From NCBI GenBank assembly GCA_964016885.1, contig OZ024742.1:21452001-21516000 (forward strand): DNA of 64,000 nt. Direction: 5' to 3'. Shown piece after piece: positions 42,046 to 54,237 of this stretch. Position 1 is the first letter of the stretch, and the number at the start of each line of letters is the position of its first letter. This stretch comes from Eledone cirrhosa. Taxonomy: Eukaryota. The notes beneath the pieces were generated by a model. It saw only the letters and a list, made by a program, of their open reading frames with translations. It had not been told where the DNA came from and ran no database searches. A program made the translations under genes and the position numbers.

Positions 42046-42696
42046 AATGAACTTTGAAATACTTTTGTCCTAATGCGAATGAGCATAAAACTACTGGATC
42101 ACTATTCAAATATAGTTTAAACAATTCGATATGTGGTTTGTTTTGGTTTGTGAAAATATAATGGAATGCAAGATTCTCTAATGAGCGACATCATTTCCAT
42201 AAAGAAGAGAGAAACATTTCCGAATTACGATAAGATACGGGGAACATTCTATCTGTTGTACAGATCTGATGTCAATTTATATATTAAGAACACTTTTAAT
42301 GCATAATAAATATACTGCACACAAACGGTACCATGATGTCGGGAGGTAAACAGATACTATTTCACCAAGAATATCTCATACTGTTACCAATAATTGTTTC
42401 TACTTTTGGCACAAGGCCAGCAATTACCAAGTACATTACTGGTAATCTGTACTGTTACCAATAATGACGCAATTTGAATATATATATATATCTGTATGTG
42501 TGTGTGTGTGTATGTGTTTGTGTATGTGTGTTTGTGTGTGTATATGTGTGTGTGTGGATGTCTCTGTGGGTATATATATATATATATATATCTGTATGTG
42601 TGTGTGTGTATGTGTTTGTGTATGTGTGTTTGTGTGTGTATATGTGTGTGTGTGGATGTCTCTGTGGGTATATATATATATATATATAAATATAGT

Positions 42697-43718
42697 GGAG
42701 TGGCTTGCTCTGCCCCAGTCCCACCGCGCCGCCTGTTTTGGCCGCCTAATTATACCTGTACCTACAAACTCCAGCTTTGGGCACAACTATTAGCTGTATC
42801 ATGCCTCTATTGACACGTAAATAAACCCCTAATGTATGATTTAATAGTATTCGTGGTATAGACGATGGCCTGTCGAAATTGTGGGGTTCCCGCTAGCCAT
42901 CCCGGGGCCAAAGTTAGCTAAGTTCCTAGAGTACTCGGACAAATTAATTTCCATTTCTTTCGCTGGAGGATACCACTCGAGACTGGCTGACTCATGGTGG
43001 TGGGTGTGGGGGGGGGGGGGGTGCTGGCTGGGACTCCCAATCGAAATCTTTACTCTATATCCCATCCTAATATCTTATCGAGTTAAATAAAATAAAAATA
43101 AAAATAAAAAAATAAATAAAATAAGAATAAAAATGTTCATATTAGACTCTCTCCGTAAGTTCGTTAAATAAATAAATCTCGCTACCTCTATTTTTCAATT
43201 TACCATTTTGCAATATAATATTTTTAATTTAATTTATTTCATCCTATAACTCGCAACATAAGTTTAGCGTTCCAATCTTCGGTTCACACATTAGACCATA
43301 CAGATACCCACTATAGATTCTTTGGGTAGCATTTTTTCGCGGAATTTTCTAACATGAATGTAGTTTGATTCTTACACTACACTTCCTTCTCCCTTTCTTT
43401 CTTTCTTCCCCTTCTTCTTTGACGGAGTGGTGGTAGTACATGATAGGCCTGCGCCCCCTTACCAGATATTCACTGGTTGTTTTCGGTTGCCGACAATTTG
43501 AGGGCGACTGGCTGTGAAGCTGGTTGGTCAGCCGCCCCCTCTGTCTCTGGTTTCTCGGACTCATGGTTTTTCGGACCCATGGCTTTTTACATATTCCTTT
43601 GTTATATTCCAATACCTGATGATATCACCGGATTCATATGGAACCCGGTCATTGAAATGATCATAGTATAATGAACCTTTCAAGGATTTACACCAGTCCA
43701 GCCTACTGTTATTTCATT
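42697..43718 (+). mobile_element. Solo ~1-kb pLTR-like unit with hammerhead (43612-43669), a diverged paralogue of 51298-52365
   Basis: Same start (GGAGYGGCTTGCT) and end (CTGTTATTT). ATAC-CTGATGA..CCGGATTC..GAACCCGG..GAAATGATCATA-GTAT. Confidence 0.75.
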
Positions 43719-43795
<77 letters not shown>

Positions 43796-44389
43796 CTTTT
43801 GCAAGGTTTTGATACCAAATCGTGTGTCGAAACCAATAGTGTTATACCTGGGGACGGTCATATTGTTGTAATAATTGTTTCTACTTTTGGAACAAGGCCA
43901 GCAATTACCCAGTACATTACTGGTACTTTATTTTATCGACCCCGTAATGATGAGAGGCAAAGTTAACCTCTATTGTTGTAATAATATGGCCAAAAATAAT
44001 AACAGAACAAACTCACTGTTTGGTTGGTTTTCGCATCTGTATCTTTTATATCTCCATAATGGGGTGGGGACACAGGAAAATGGAACGTGCAAGTTCCCTT
44101 GATCTGCATCACCCTTCCAATCGGTCTGTTTACCTCGTTTTTTTCTCTTGCTTCCTCTCTCCTCAATACGTTTCCATTTGTTCTTCTATTTTTTCTTTTC
44201 TTTCCTTCCTGGTTCAATCGGGGGGTAACCACAATACATAGCAGAGTGTAAATGTTTTAATATAGAAAGGCTTCTAAAGGACTAGAACAGTTTCATTCGT
44301 GAGAAATCATCTGGAAGCTGACTGTCCAAGTAGGTGTGGTGGTATTTATATATTTTCTAGTGGTACGAGATCTATATATGTGGGAATAT

Positions 44390-44454
44390 ATGTGTATATA
44401 TATATATGTATGTTTCAATGTATGTATGTGTGCATGTGTATATATGGATGTATA

Positions 44455-44503
<49 letters not shown>

Positions 44504-44656
44504 GTATGTGTATGTGTGTGTATATGTATGTTTATGTCTGTGTATATGTATATACGCGTATGTATGCGTGTATATATATATATATATATACATATAGATA
44601 TGTGTGTGTATGTTTGTGTGTCTATATGTGTATATATATGTGTATATATATGTGTG

Positions 44657-44705
<49 letters not shown>

Positions 44706-44772
44706 ATGTATATGTATATATATATGTATATGAGTATATATATATATGTGTATGTATGTGTCTGTATATGTG

Positions 44773-44842
<70 letters not shown>

Positions 44843-44930
44843 CATATATATGTATATATATATATATATATACATATATATGTATATGTAAGTGTGTATG
44901 TACGTGTGTATATATATATACATATACATT
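44390..44930. repeat. Mixed (TA)n/(TG)n microsatellite; similar blocks at ~25636-25790, 26600-27720, 30330-30570, 42480-42690, 47120-47728, 60055-60186, 60442-60860
   Basis: Seen directly. Confidence 0.95.
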
Positions 44931-45232
44931 TTTAGTATATGTTGGTTGTTTACCGACACCCCAGCATGTAGATTGGAGCACTCGAGCAAGTACACAGGTT
45001 GGTTTGTTTACTCCGGAGTAATGTAATGATTCAAGTTCCACAGAGGAATAACAACACAACCAGGAGCTGGTCAAATCGATGTATTGACGGAGTAAAACAC
45101 ACTTCAACAACATGTGTAGCTGTTTCCCACACCAATTCGAACTCTGTGAAAAGGTCACAGCCATCGAAATATATATAGCAGTATATCTATAATTTATAAT
45201 AAACGATCCAAAATTTACATATTTGACTTAAT

Positions 45233-45270
<38 letters not shown>

Positions 45271-45482
45271 TAATAAAAATAATGAATAAAAACAAAGAAA
45301 AACAGTTCCTTATATTAAAAAATTCATCATTTTACGATCGTTTCTAGGATATATATGTGTGTTGGTATGTATATCATATTGATCTATGTAAAAGTTTTAC
45401 AAACTATCAGAGGGAATATACATACCTACACATATATATGCTGTCTTCAGAAATAATATATATATACATATATATATATATT

Positions 45483-47119
45483 CTAGGGCGAGTAAAATTC
45501 CCGAGATCCATGGACGAGTCCTCTCCAGCGGTCTCTCTCCCACATCATTGCTGCCATGTCCTGCGTCTCCAACAGTCTGTCCTTAGGGCATCAACATACG
45601 TTAACCTTGGTCTTACTCTTCCAGTGTGTCCATGTAGGGGCTCCTACAGGAGCACTGAGTGCAGTGTCAACTCTGGATGTCGGTGAGCGTGTCCAGCTAA
45701 CCTCAGTCCCCTCTGTGTCACTTTTGAGCTGACTCTTGGGAGGCTCCCATACAGCTCTGGATTTTCATCCTCAGTGTATACTGATTAATGTTCAGAGCCA
45801 TCCTCAGCATTCTCGTGTAGCACCTATCCACCATCTGAGTGAGTTTCTTCGCCAGTGTCCAAGTCTCAGATCGCTACAGCAGCACCGACTCCATTACAGC
45901 AATGAAGGGGCGGATTTTCAGGTCTTTACGAAGGTTCGACTTCCATACCAATATCAAGCTGTGGCACGCCGCCCAGGCTTTGCTCTTCCTCTCAACAACA
46001 TCATTTTCCATATTCCCATCTTTGCTCCCAGAGCACTGGGGAGATCAGGCGGCTGTTTGAAGAACTGGATATTGAGACAGAGCCCTTCATCAGAGAGGAG
46101 CTTCAGAGAGCCAGCAAGAAGATCAAGGAGGGCAAGACTCATGGAGAAGATGGAGTGGCATCAGAGGTGACGAAGAGGTGTGATTTTTTATGATATCATC
46201 CTGGGCTTCTGTAACCAGGCACTGGAGAAAGAAGTTGCCCCTAATCAGTGGAGGATCAGTAACATCGTCCCAGTGACAAAGAAAGGAGATATCTCTAACA
46301 CCAACAACAACAGGGGGATCTCACTGACGTCACTTGTGGCAAAGACCCTCAACAGGATGATTCTTAACAGGATCCAGCCTGAGATGGAGAAGAAGCTCAG
46401 GGACAACCAGAACGGCTTCAGAGAAGGAAGATCAATCACCAGTCACATCCTGATGCTGAGGAGGATATTAGAGGGAGCTAGAGCAAAGTGCATTCCTGCG
46501 GTCATGGTTTTCATTGACTTTAGGGAGGCTTTTGATTCTGTGGACCGTCACTGCCTGATGAAGATCTTACAGGCTTATAGTATCCCCAGGAAGATAGTGG
46601 ACCTGATATCATTGCTCTACACCAACACCAAAGCCCAAGTCATTACACTTGATGGGATGACAGAGTTCTTTGAGATACTGGCTGGAGTGCTCCAGGGAGA
46701 TACATTGGCTCCCTGCCTTTTTATCATCGTAGTGGACTGTTGTATGCACCTTGCACTGGAGAAACACCAAGACTCAGGCTTTACTGTAGCACCGGCTCAG
46801 AGCGGGAGAGTGAAGGCGAAAAAGATATGGATGCTGAGTTTTCCGACGACATAGTTTTGGTGACAAATACAGTGAAGGAGGCAGAGGATATGATGCAGGA
46901 GGTTGAGACTGTGTCGATGAGTGTGGGGCTGAGAATGAATGAGACTAAAACAAAATATCTGGCAGAGCATGTTGAGAAGCCAGTGGGGATCACTAATGTA
47001 GGCGGGAAGCCGCTAGAATTGGTTGAGGACTTCCTCTATCTGGGAGCAAAGATTGGGAATACGGAAGATGATGTGGTTGAGAGGAAGAGCAAATCCTGGA
47101 CGGCGTGCCACAGCTTGAA
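45483..47119. mobile_element. RTE-clade LINE fragment with internal inversion: 3' part on minus (45483-46032), RT core on plus (46033-47119)
   Basis: Plus: RGISLTS, NQNGFR, FIDFREAFDSV, GVLQGDTLAP, FSDD, FLYLG. Minus: LKIRPF..ESVLL..ETWTL..YTRMLRMAL. (TA)n flanks. Confidence 0.85.
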
Positions 47120-47346
47120 ATATATATATATATATATGTATATATGTGTGGGTGCGTGTATATGTGTGAATATATGTATGTATGTGCATATATGTGTTTT
47201 TATATATGTGTATATATGTGTAAATATAAATATATGTATATATGTATATATGTATATATGTATATATGTATATATATATACATATATGTATATATGTATG
47301 TATATGTGTATGTATATATGTATGTATATGTGTATGTATGTGTGAG

Positions 47347-47377
<31 letters not shown>

Positions 47378-47496
47378 GTGTGTGTGTATGTGTATATATG
47401 TGTATATTTCTATACGTATGTATATGTATCTATGTATATGAATATATATATGTGAATGTGTATGTATGTATATATATATATATATATATATTTGTG

Positions 47497-47617
<121 letters not shown>

Positions 47618-47728
47618 GTACACACACACACACACATATATATATATATGTATATATATATACATACACATTCACATATTTATGTACCGTATATGTATAT
47701 ATATATATTTGTGTATATATATATATAT

Positions 47729-48085
47729 AAAAAGAAAAAAAGATGAAATCGAAAATGCAATTGGTGTATTATTTAAAAAAATATATATATATCTAATTGG
47801 TTCCTTTACCGGTTTCGCACTTCTTCTGCTTTTCAAAAGTAGAGTTGAGATGGAGGGTCTGTGGTTTTTCTCACATCTGAGAAAAACCACAGACCCTCCA
47901 TTTCAACTCTACTTTTAAAAAGCAGAAGAACTGCGAAACCGGTAAAGGAACCAAATAAATATATATATTTAAAAAAAAAATAAGACTCCAGTTGCATTTT
48001 CGATTTCATCTTCTTTTCTTTATACTTTCACTCGTGTAGGACACCTCGGTTATTTTTCATTTTGTAAAAAAACCTCACTTTCTAA
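47729..48085. mobile_element. Palindrome (arms ~135 bp) plus tail with degenerate hammerhead; single-arm copy at ~59715-59927
   Basis: Centre CTCA-CATC-TGAG. Hammerhead remnant CTT-TTGAAAA-GCA..TGC-GAAACCGGTA-AAG. Confidence 0.7.
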
Positions 48086-48104
48086 TATATATATATATAT
48101 ATAT

Positions 48105-49538
48105 ATTATAATTTAGAGTTTTCATTCAGGAGTCAAATACAATTATTAAGCTCTAAGTAATTCTTCTGAGCATTACATTACAATTTAATATAATATAAAA
48201 TTATGATCAACACTAATGTGTTTTTTTTGCAAATTGACAATAAATTAGCCAGATAGAAATACCTTAATTCAAGTACATAAAGTCCGCCTGTATCGATCTA
48301 AAAAATAATAAATCTATACTTACAGACGTAAAATGGCAACTGCCCTAGTGCCTAGACAAGTTTAAATTTCAAAATTCAAACCTTTTCAGCAGATCAGTCC
48401 GAACTTCAAAAAATAAACCTGTTTCACAAAGGATGGTATACTAATGAAATAATTAATTAATTACGGAATAACTATTTATGAAATAATTATTAATGAAATA
48501 ATCAATTTTCTGTGATTCTCAATAGGCACCCAGATAAATTAGAGTTACTTCACCTAGGATAAATATCTTAAGACTGGTCTGTCGCCTGCCAAATACATGT
48601 GCTTTTGCACACGACTTTCCCAGCACTCTGGTTCATATCCATGGCGCTAGAAATAACAGCCGTAAATATGGGATTACGAATTCAGCTCTACCGAAGGAGC
48701 AGACATTATAATTTAGTGTTTTCTCTCAGGAGTCAAATACAATTATTAAGCTCTAAGAAATACTTCTGAGCATTACAGTACAATTTAATATAATATAAAA
48801 TGATGATCAACACTAATGTGTTTTTTTTTGCAAATTGACAATAAATTAGCCAAATAAAAATACCTTAATTCAAGTACATAAAGTCCGCCTGTATCGATCT
48901 AAAAAATAATAAATCTATACTTACAGATGTAAAATGGCAACTGCCCTGGTGCCTAGACAATTTTAAATTTCAAAATTCAAACCTTTTCAGCAGATCAGTC
49001 CGAACTTCAAAAAATAAACCTGTTTCACAAAGGATGGTATACTAATGAAATAATTAATTAATTACGGAATAACTATTTATGAAATAATTATTAATGAAAT
49101 AATCAATTTTCTGTGATTCTCAATAGGCACCCAGATAAATTAGAGTTATTTCACCTAGGATAAATATCTTAAGACTGGTCTGTCGCCTGCCAAATACATG
49201 TGCTTTTGCACACGACTTTCCCAGCACTCTGGCTCATATCCATGGCGCTAGAAATAACAGCCGTAAATATGGGATTACGAATTCAGCTCTACCGAAGGAG
49301 CAGACATATTATAATTTAGAGTTTTCATTCAGGAGTCAAATACAATTATTAAGCTCTAAGAAATACAACCAGGGCAGTTGCCATTTTACGTCTGTAAGTA
49401 TAGATTTATTATTTTTTAGATCGATACAGGCGGACTTTATGTACTTGAATTATGGTATTTCTAACTGGCTAATTTATTGTCAATTTGAAAAAGATCACAT
49501 TAGTGTTGATCATAATTTTATATTATATTAAATTGTAC
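48105..49538. repeat. ~600-bp tandem repeat (2.1 copies) followed by an inverted partial copy (49367-49538), between (TA)n tracts
   Basis: Units start at 48105, 48705 and 49308. The inverted part matches ~48178-48348. Confidence 0.9.
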
Positions 49539-49576
49539 TATATATATATCTATATATCTATATATATATATATATA

Positions 49577-52515
49577 TAATAAAATAACAGGAGGCTAGAC
49601 TTGTTTAAATCCCTGAAAGGTTTATTATACTATGATCATTTCAATGACCGGGTTCCGTATGAATCCGGTGATATCATCAGGTATTCGAAATATGATAAAT
49701 GAATGTAACAGATAAAATCCATAGGGCTGAAAATCATAGACCCGAGGATGATCGACCATCTAGCATCTTCCACTTTAGCCGGTCGCCCTCAAGTGATGGC
49801 TATTCGGTCTACTTAAGGTTATCTGGTGAGGGGGCGAAAGGTTATAATTCTACTACCCTCCCGTTCAAAGAGAAAAAAGTCAGAAAAAAAGAAAAAATGT
49901 CAGCGTTAATGTCATGCTACAATCAGGTTAGGAATTGCCGCGAAAAATGTTATTCTAAAGAACCTATATCTTAACAGAGGTATATATTATAACAGAGGTA
50001 TATATTATAACAGAGGTATATATTATAACAGAGGTATATATTATAACAGAGGTATATATAATAGGCATCTGCATGGTATAATGTGTGAACAGAAAATTGG
50101 AACGTTAAATTTTTGTTTAGATTTATAGGATGAAATTTAAAAAAAATTATATTAAAGATTAGAATTATCAAATTAAAAAAAAATTGAAAGATTAAAAATT
50201 AAAGTTTAAAACAAATTTATGGCTTGGGTTGCGAGATTTAGTTAAATAATTTACAGAGAGAGTTTTTATGAAAACATTTTAAGTGTATTATTGAGATCAT
50301 CGATAAGTTTTCAGGGTGGGATATAGAGTAAAGATTAAGTCGTTGTTTAGAAGTCAAACAGCACGCAACGACTGCAGACTCCGGCCAGCCCATCCTAACC
50401 ACGTGTCAGCCATTCCGAGTGAAACCGTCTAGCGAGAGATATGGAAATCAATTTTTCCGATCACTCGAGGAATGTAACTGTTCTAGGCTTCGGGTGTGCT
50501 AGTGGGAAGTCAGCCATTGTCGTTAGGCCATCGTTATACCAAACGAGTACTATTAATTTGCACAGGGTGGGGATTTGTTTAAGTCCCCGTAGAGGGAGGC
50601 ATGATACAGCTAATAGTTATGATTAGGCCTAGAATTTAAAGATACTATATGGCGGTCAAAAACGGCCGCGCGGCGGGTCCCGGGGCGAAGCAAGCCGCTC
50701 CTTTGTAATTCACACTGAATTCTGAGGCTCGAACACACGCTGATTCCATCTCTTCCATCCTCTATATCTATATGGATTATCTAACTGCAACTTGATATAT
50801 ATTTTATTTCCCCTGTGTTTTGATTTCTCCGCTATGTTCTTATATACTTCCGTTTTACTCCACCACCACCCTAGCTATGACAGCGTTTTATTTATTTTTT
50901 TATGTATTTTTTCATTTACTCTTTTACTCTTTTACCTGTTTCAGCCATCCGGCTGAGGCATTTATTTATTTATTTATATATTTCTACCTTTTACTTTATT
51001 AATGTGTTTTTATCTTCGTATTCTGCTTTTATTTATCTATGTATTCTTTGTTTTTTGCCTACTGTTCCATTTATTTATGTTTTTACTCACTTTACTCTCA
51101 TTAAGTACTTATCATTGTACTCATTAGCACACGACACTAGAATATCTCCCCCTGAGAACCACAATACTTATAACCCGGACTATCTGGGGACCTAGATATA
51201 GTCTATTTGTGCTTTCATCGGGTTTTATAATTTATTACACGCGATGATCCGACTGGTGTGGTGGTTTTTCCCTTTCTTTCGATAAATGAAATTACTCGGA
51301 GCGGCTTGCTTCGCCCCGGGACCCGCCGCGCCGCCATTTTTGACCGCCATATAGTACCTTTAAATTCTAGGCCTAATCATAACTATTAGCTGTATCATGC
51401 CTCCCTCTACTGGGACTTAAACAAATCCCCCTCCTGTGTAAATTAATAGTACTCATTTGGTATAAAGATGGCCTAACGACAATGGCTGACTTCCCACTAG
51501 CACACCCGAAGCCTAGAACAGTTACATTCCTCGAGTGCTCGGTAAAATTGATTTCCATATCTCTCGTGAGACGGTTTCACTCGGAATGGCTGACACGTGG
51601 TTAGGATGGGCTGGCCGGAGTCTGCAGGGCTGCGTGCTGTTTGACTGCTAAACGACTTAATCTTTACTCTATATCCCACCCTGAAAACTTATCGATGATC
51701 TCTATAATACCCTTAAAATTTGTTCATAAAAACTCTCTCTGTAAATTATTTAACTAAATCTCGCAACCCAAGCCATCAATTTTTTTAAACCATTTTAATT
51801 TTTAATTTTCAAATTTTTTTTAATTTGATAATTCTAATCTTTAATTTAATTTTTTTTAATTTCATCCTATAAATCTAAACAAAAATTTAAATTCCAATTT
51901 TCTGTTCACACATTATACCATACAGACGTCCAATATATATACCTCTGTTATAATATATACATCTGTTAAGATATAGGTTCTTTAGAATAACATCTTTCTT
52001 GGCAGTTCCTAGCCTGATTGTAGTATGACATTAACGCTGACTTTTCTTCTTTCTTCTGTCTTTTTTTCTCTTTGACCGGGAGGGTAGTAGCACATTATAA
52101 GCTTTCGCCCCCTCACCAAATAACCTTAAGTAGACTGAATAGACATCACTTGAGGGCGACCGGCTAAAGTGGAAGATGCTAGATGGTCGGTCGTCCTCGG
52201 GTCTATGATTTTCAGCCCCATGGATTTTATCTGTTACATTCATTTATCATATTTCGAATACCTGATGATATCACCGGATTCTTATGGAATCCGATCATTG
52301 AAATGATCATAGTATAATAAACCTTTCAAGGATTTACACAAGTCCAGCCTCCTGTTATTTTATTATAATATTTAACTCCGTATTCGCACCACCAACTACA
52401 CAAACGAAGACGGTTGAGCTGCTTTACGTTGAGTACTCTCCATATTATTACATCAAGATTGACCATACAGAATGACCAGCTCTATCCAGTGGTAAAGCTT
52501 CAAACATAAATAAAT
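49577..52515. mobile_element. Large inverted repeat (arms 49577-50701 and 51298-52365) plus tail: truncated PLE-type insertion with inverted pLTR
   Basis: Arms are reverse complements with scattered differences. Hammerheads at 49627-49684 (-) and 52258-52315 (+). An 18-bp minisatellite (~5 copies) lies at 49971-50059. Tail 52366-52515. Confidence 0.85.
52258..52315 (+). ncRNA. Type I hammerhead ribozyme
   Basis: ATAC/GTAT stem I, CTGATGA 52262-52268, GGATTC/GAATCC within stem II, GAAA 52300-52303, palindromic ATGATCAT, AUA triplet. Confidence 0.7.
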
Positions 52516-52533
52516 ATATATATATATATATAT

Positions 52534-52668
52534 AACGAAGGAAATCTGTTAAGGAACCAAGTGAACCATAACGCACCAAAGTACTCAATACTTAGGGTAG
52601 TAGAGTGGGTAATAGGAACGAGTAGGACCCACACGGCTGAGCTCAGCCGTCAGGGTCCTACTCGTTCC

Positions 52669-52745
<77 letters not shown>

Positions 52746-52933
52746 AAATGTTTGACCTGGACGGCAGAGCTCAAACCGTTTCGACTGGTATTTCTGGATC
52801 AGAAATACCGTCGAAACGGCTTGAGCTCTGCCGTCGGGGTAAAACATTTTTCTATTACCCACTCTACTACTCTTAGTATTGAGTACTCTGGTGCGTTATT
52901 GTCTATCTGGTTCCTTACCACACCTCCTTCGTT
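52534..52933. mobile_element. Two short hairpin-plus-tail insertions of one family, back to back across (TA)n; third member at ~40711-40850
   Basis: Shared tail CCCACTCTACTAC..GAGTACTCTGGTGC..GGTTCCTTACCACAC.TCCTTCGTT. Hairpins at ~52610-52670 and ~52745-52850. Confidence 0.7.
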
Positions 52934-53179
52934 TTATATATATATATATATTTAATACAATAACAGAGATAGCTTTAAGCTAAACTCCGACTGGTAACCA
53001 TCTCACTCAACAAACATTAGGTTATACGTTAGTATAAACCCAATTTAAGTGTTTGGGGTGCTAACTATATGTATTTTGTGGAAAGCCAGTTGTATTATTT
53101 TATATGAGATATAATTAAAGTTAAAATATATCTCTCTTTCCAAACAATTGTTTCATTATAAGTTTTCTACAAGTTTAGA

Positions 53180-53214
<35 letters not shown>

Positions 53215-54107
53215 TGTATGTATTTTATGTATGTTTGTTGTGTGTTGTGTGTGTGTCTGCCTGTGTGTGCATGTGTGCGCGTGTGTGTGTAAGTGGGTAC
53301 GTGTGTGAATGTGCTTGTTGACACCTGGAATGTAAATTAAGAGAAATTTCACAGTAAGGGGAAAACCCCAACACTTAAACCTGTTTATAGAATTCTCTCT
53401 TCCTTTGCAACCCTCATTTCAGCCTTAAAGAATTAGCTTCTAAAGAATTTCCCTTTTCTTTAAACCATTGAACCCCACTCCTCCTGTAGACACCTGTCTT
53501 ACAGGCATTGTTACTTTAAGAGATAAACAAGGATTGGTATTCCAATTTGAACCTGTTTACAGTATTCTTTCTGCCTTTGTTAATATAAATTATAGCTTTA
53601 AATAACTAACTTTTAATGAATTCCCTTTTCCTTAAATCCTTCAACCAATGACCTCCACCTATCCCAATCCCCATCCTCTCCTACCACCAGAAAAGATATA
53701 AATACCCCCACATTTACTTGAATGTCCTGATGATTTCTCACGAAGGAAATCGTTCTAGTCCTGTAGCAACTTTTCTATATTAAAATATATATATATATAT
53801 ATAATTTAAAAAAAAGGAGTTAATAACTCACATTAATCCCCTATAATTTAATGAGCTCAAGGGATAGATCCGGGCTCATGACAAGCCAGTATATAGAGAA
53901 GGGTACACAAAGAGATGTGTGTTCAATTATAGGAGACATAAGACCACCAGAGTGAAAACCATATAATCTACGAACAGAATGGAAAATACACAAAAGTTAA
54001 AAGGATGAATTAAAGTTTAGAGACCATTGTTTATAACTTTATCTCCGGGACATTCTGAAAGCATGTTTCGCTACAAATTAAGTGTAGAATCATACCGCTG
54101 ATGGCGT

Positions 54108-54237
<130 letters not shown>

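Noticed and set aside
49280-49332. SECIS-like AUGA..GA motif on the minus strand of the 600-bp unit junction
   Set aside because: The helix is only ~7 bp, the AUGA is not conserved in the other junction (48720-48728), and there is no linked UGA-containing ORF.
49971-50059. Regular 18-bp repeats, superficially CRISPR-like
   Set aside because: Head-to-tail minisatellite with no spacers, in eukaryotic DNA.
53830-53905. Twister-like look (TAATCCCCTATA..ACAAGCC..TATAGAGAAGGG)
   Set aside because: I could not build P1 or the two pseudoknots, and it is a single copy in this window.
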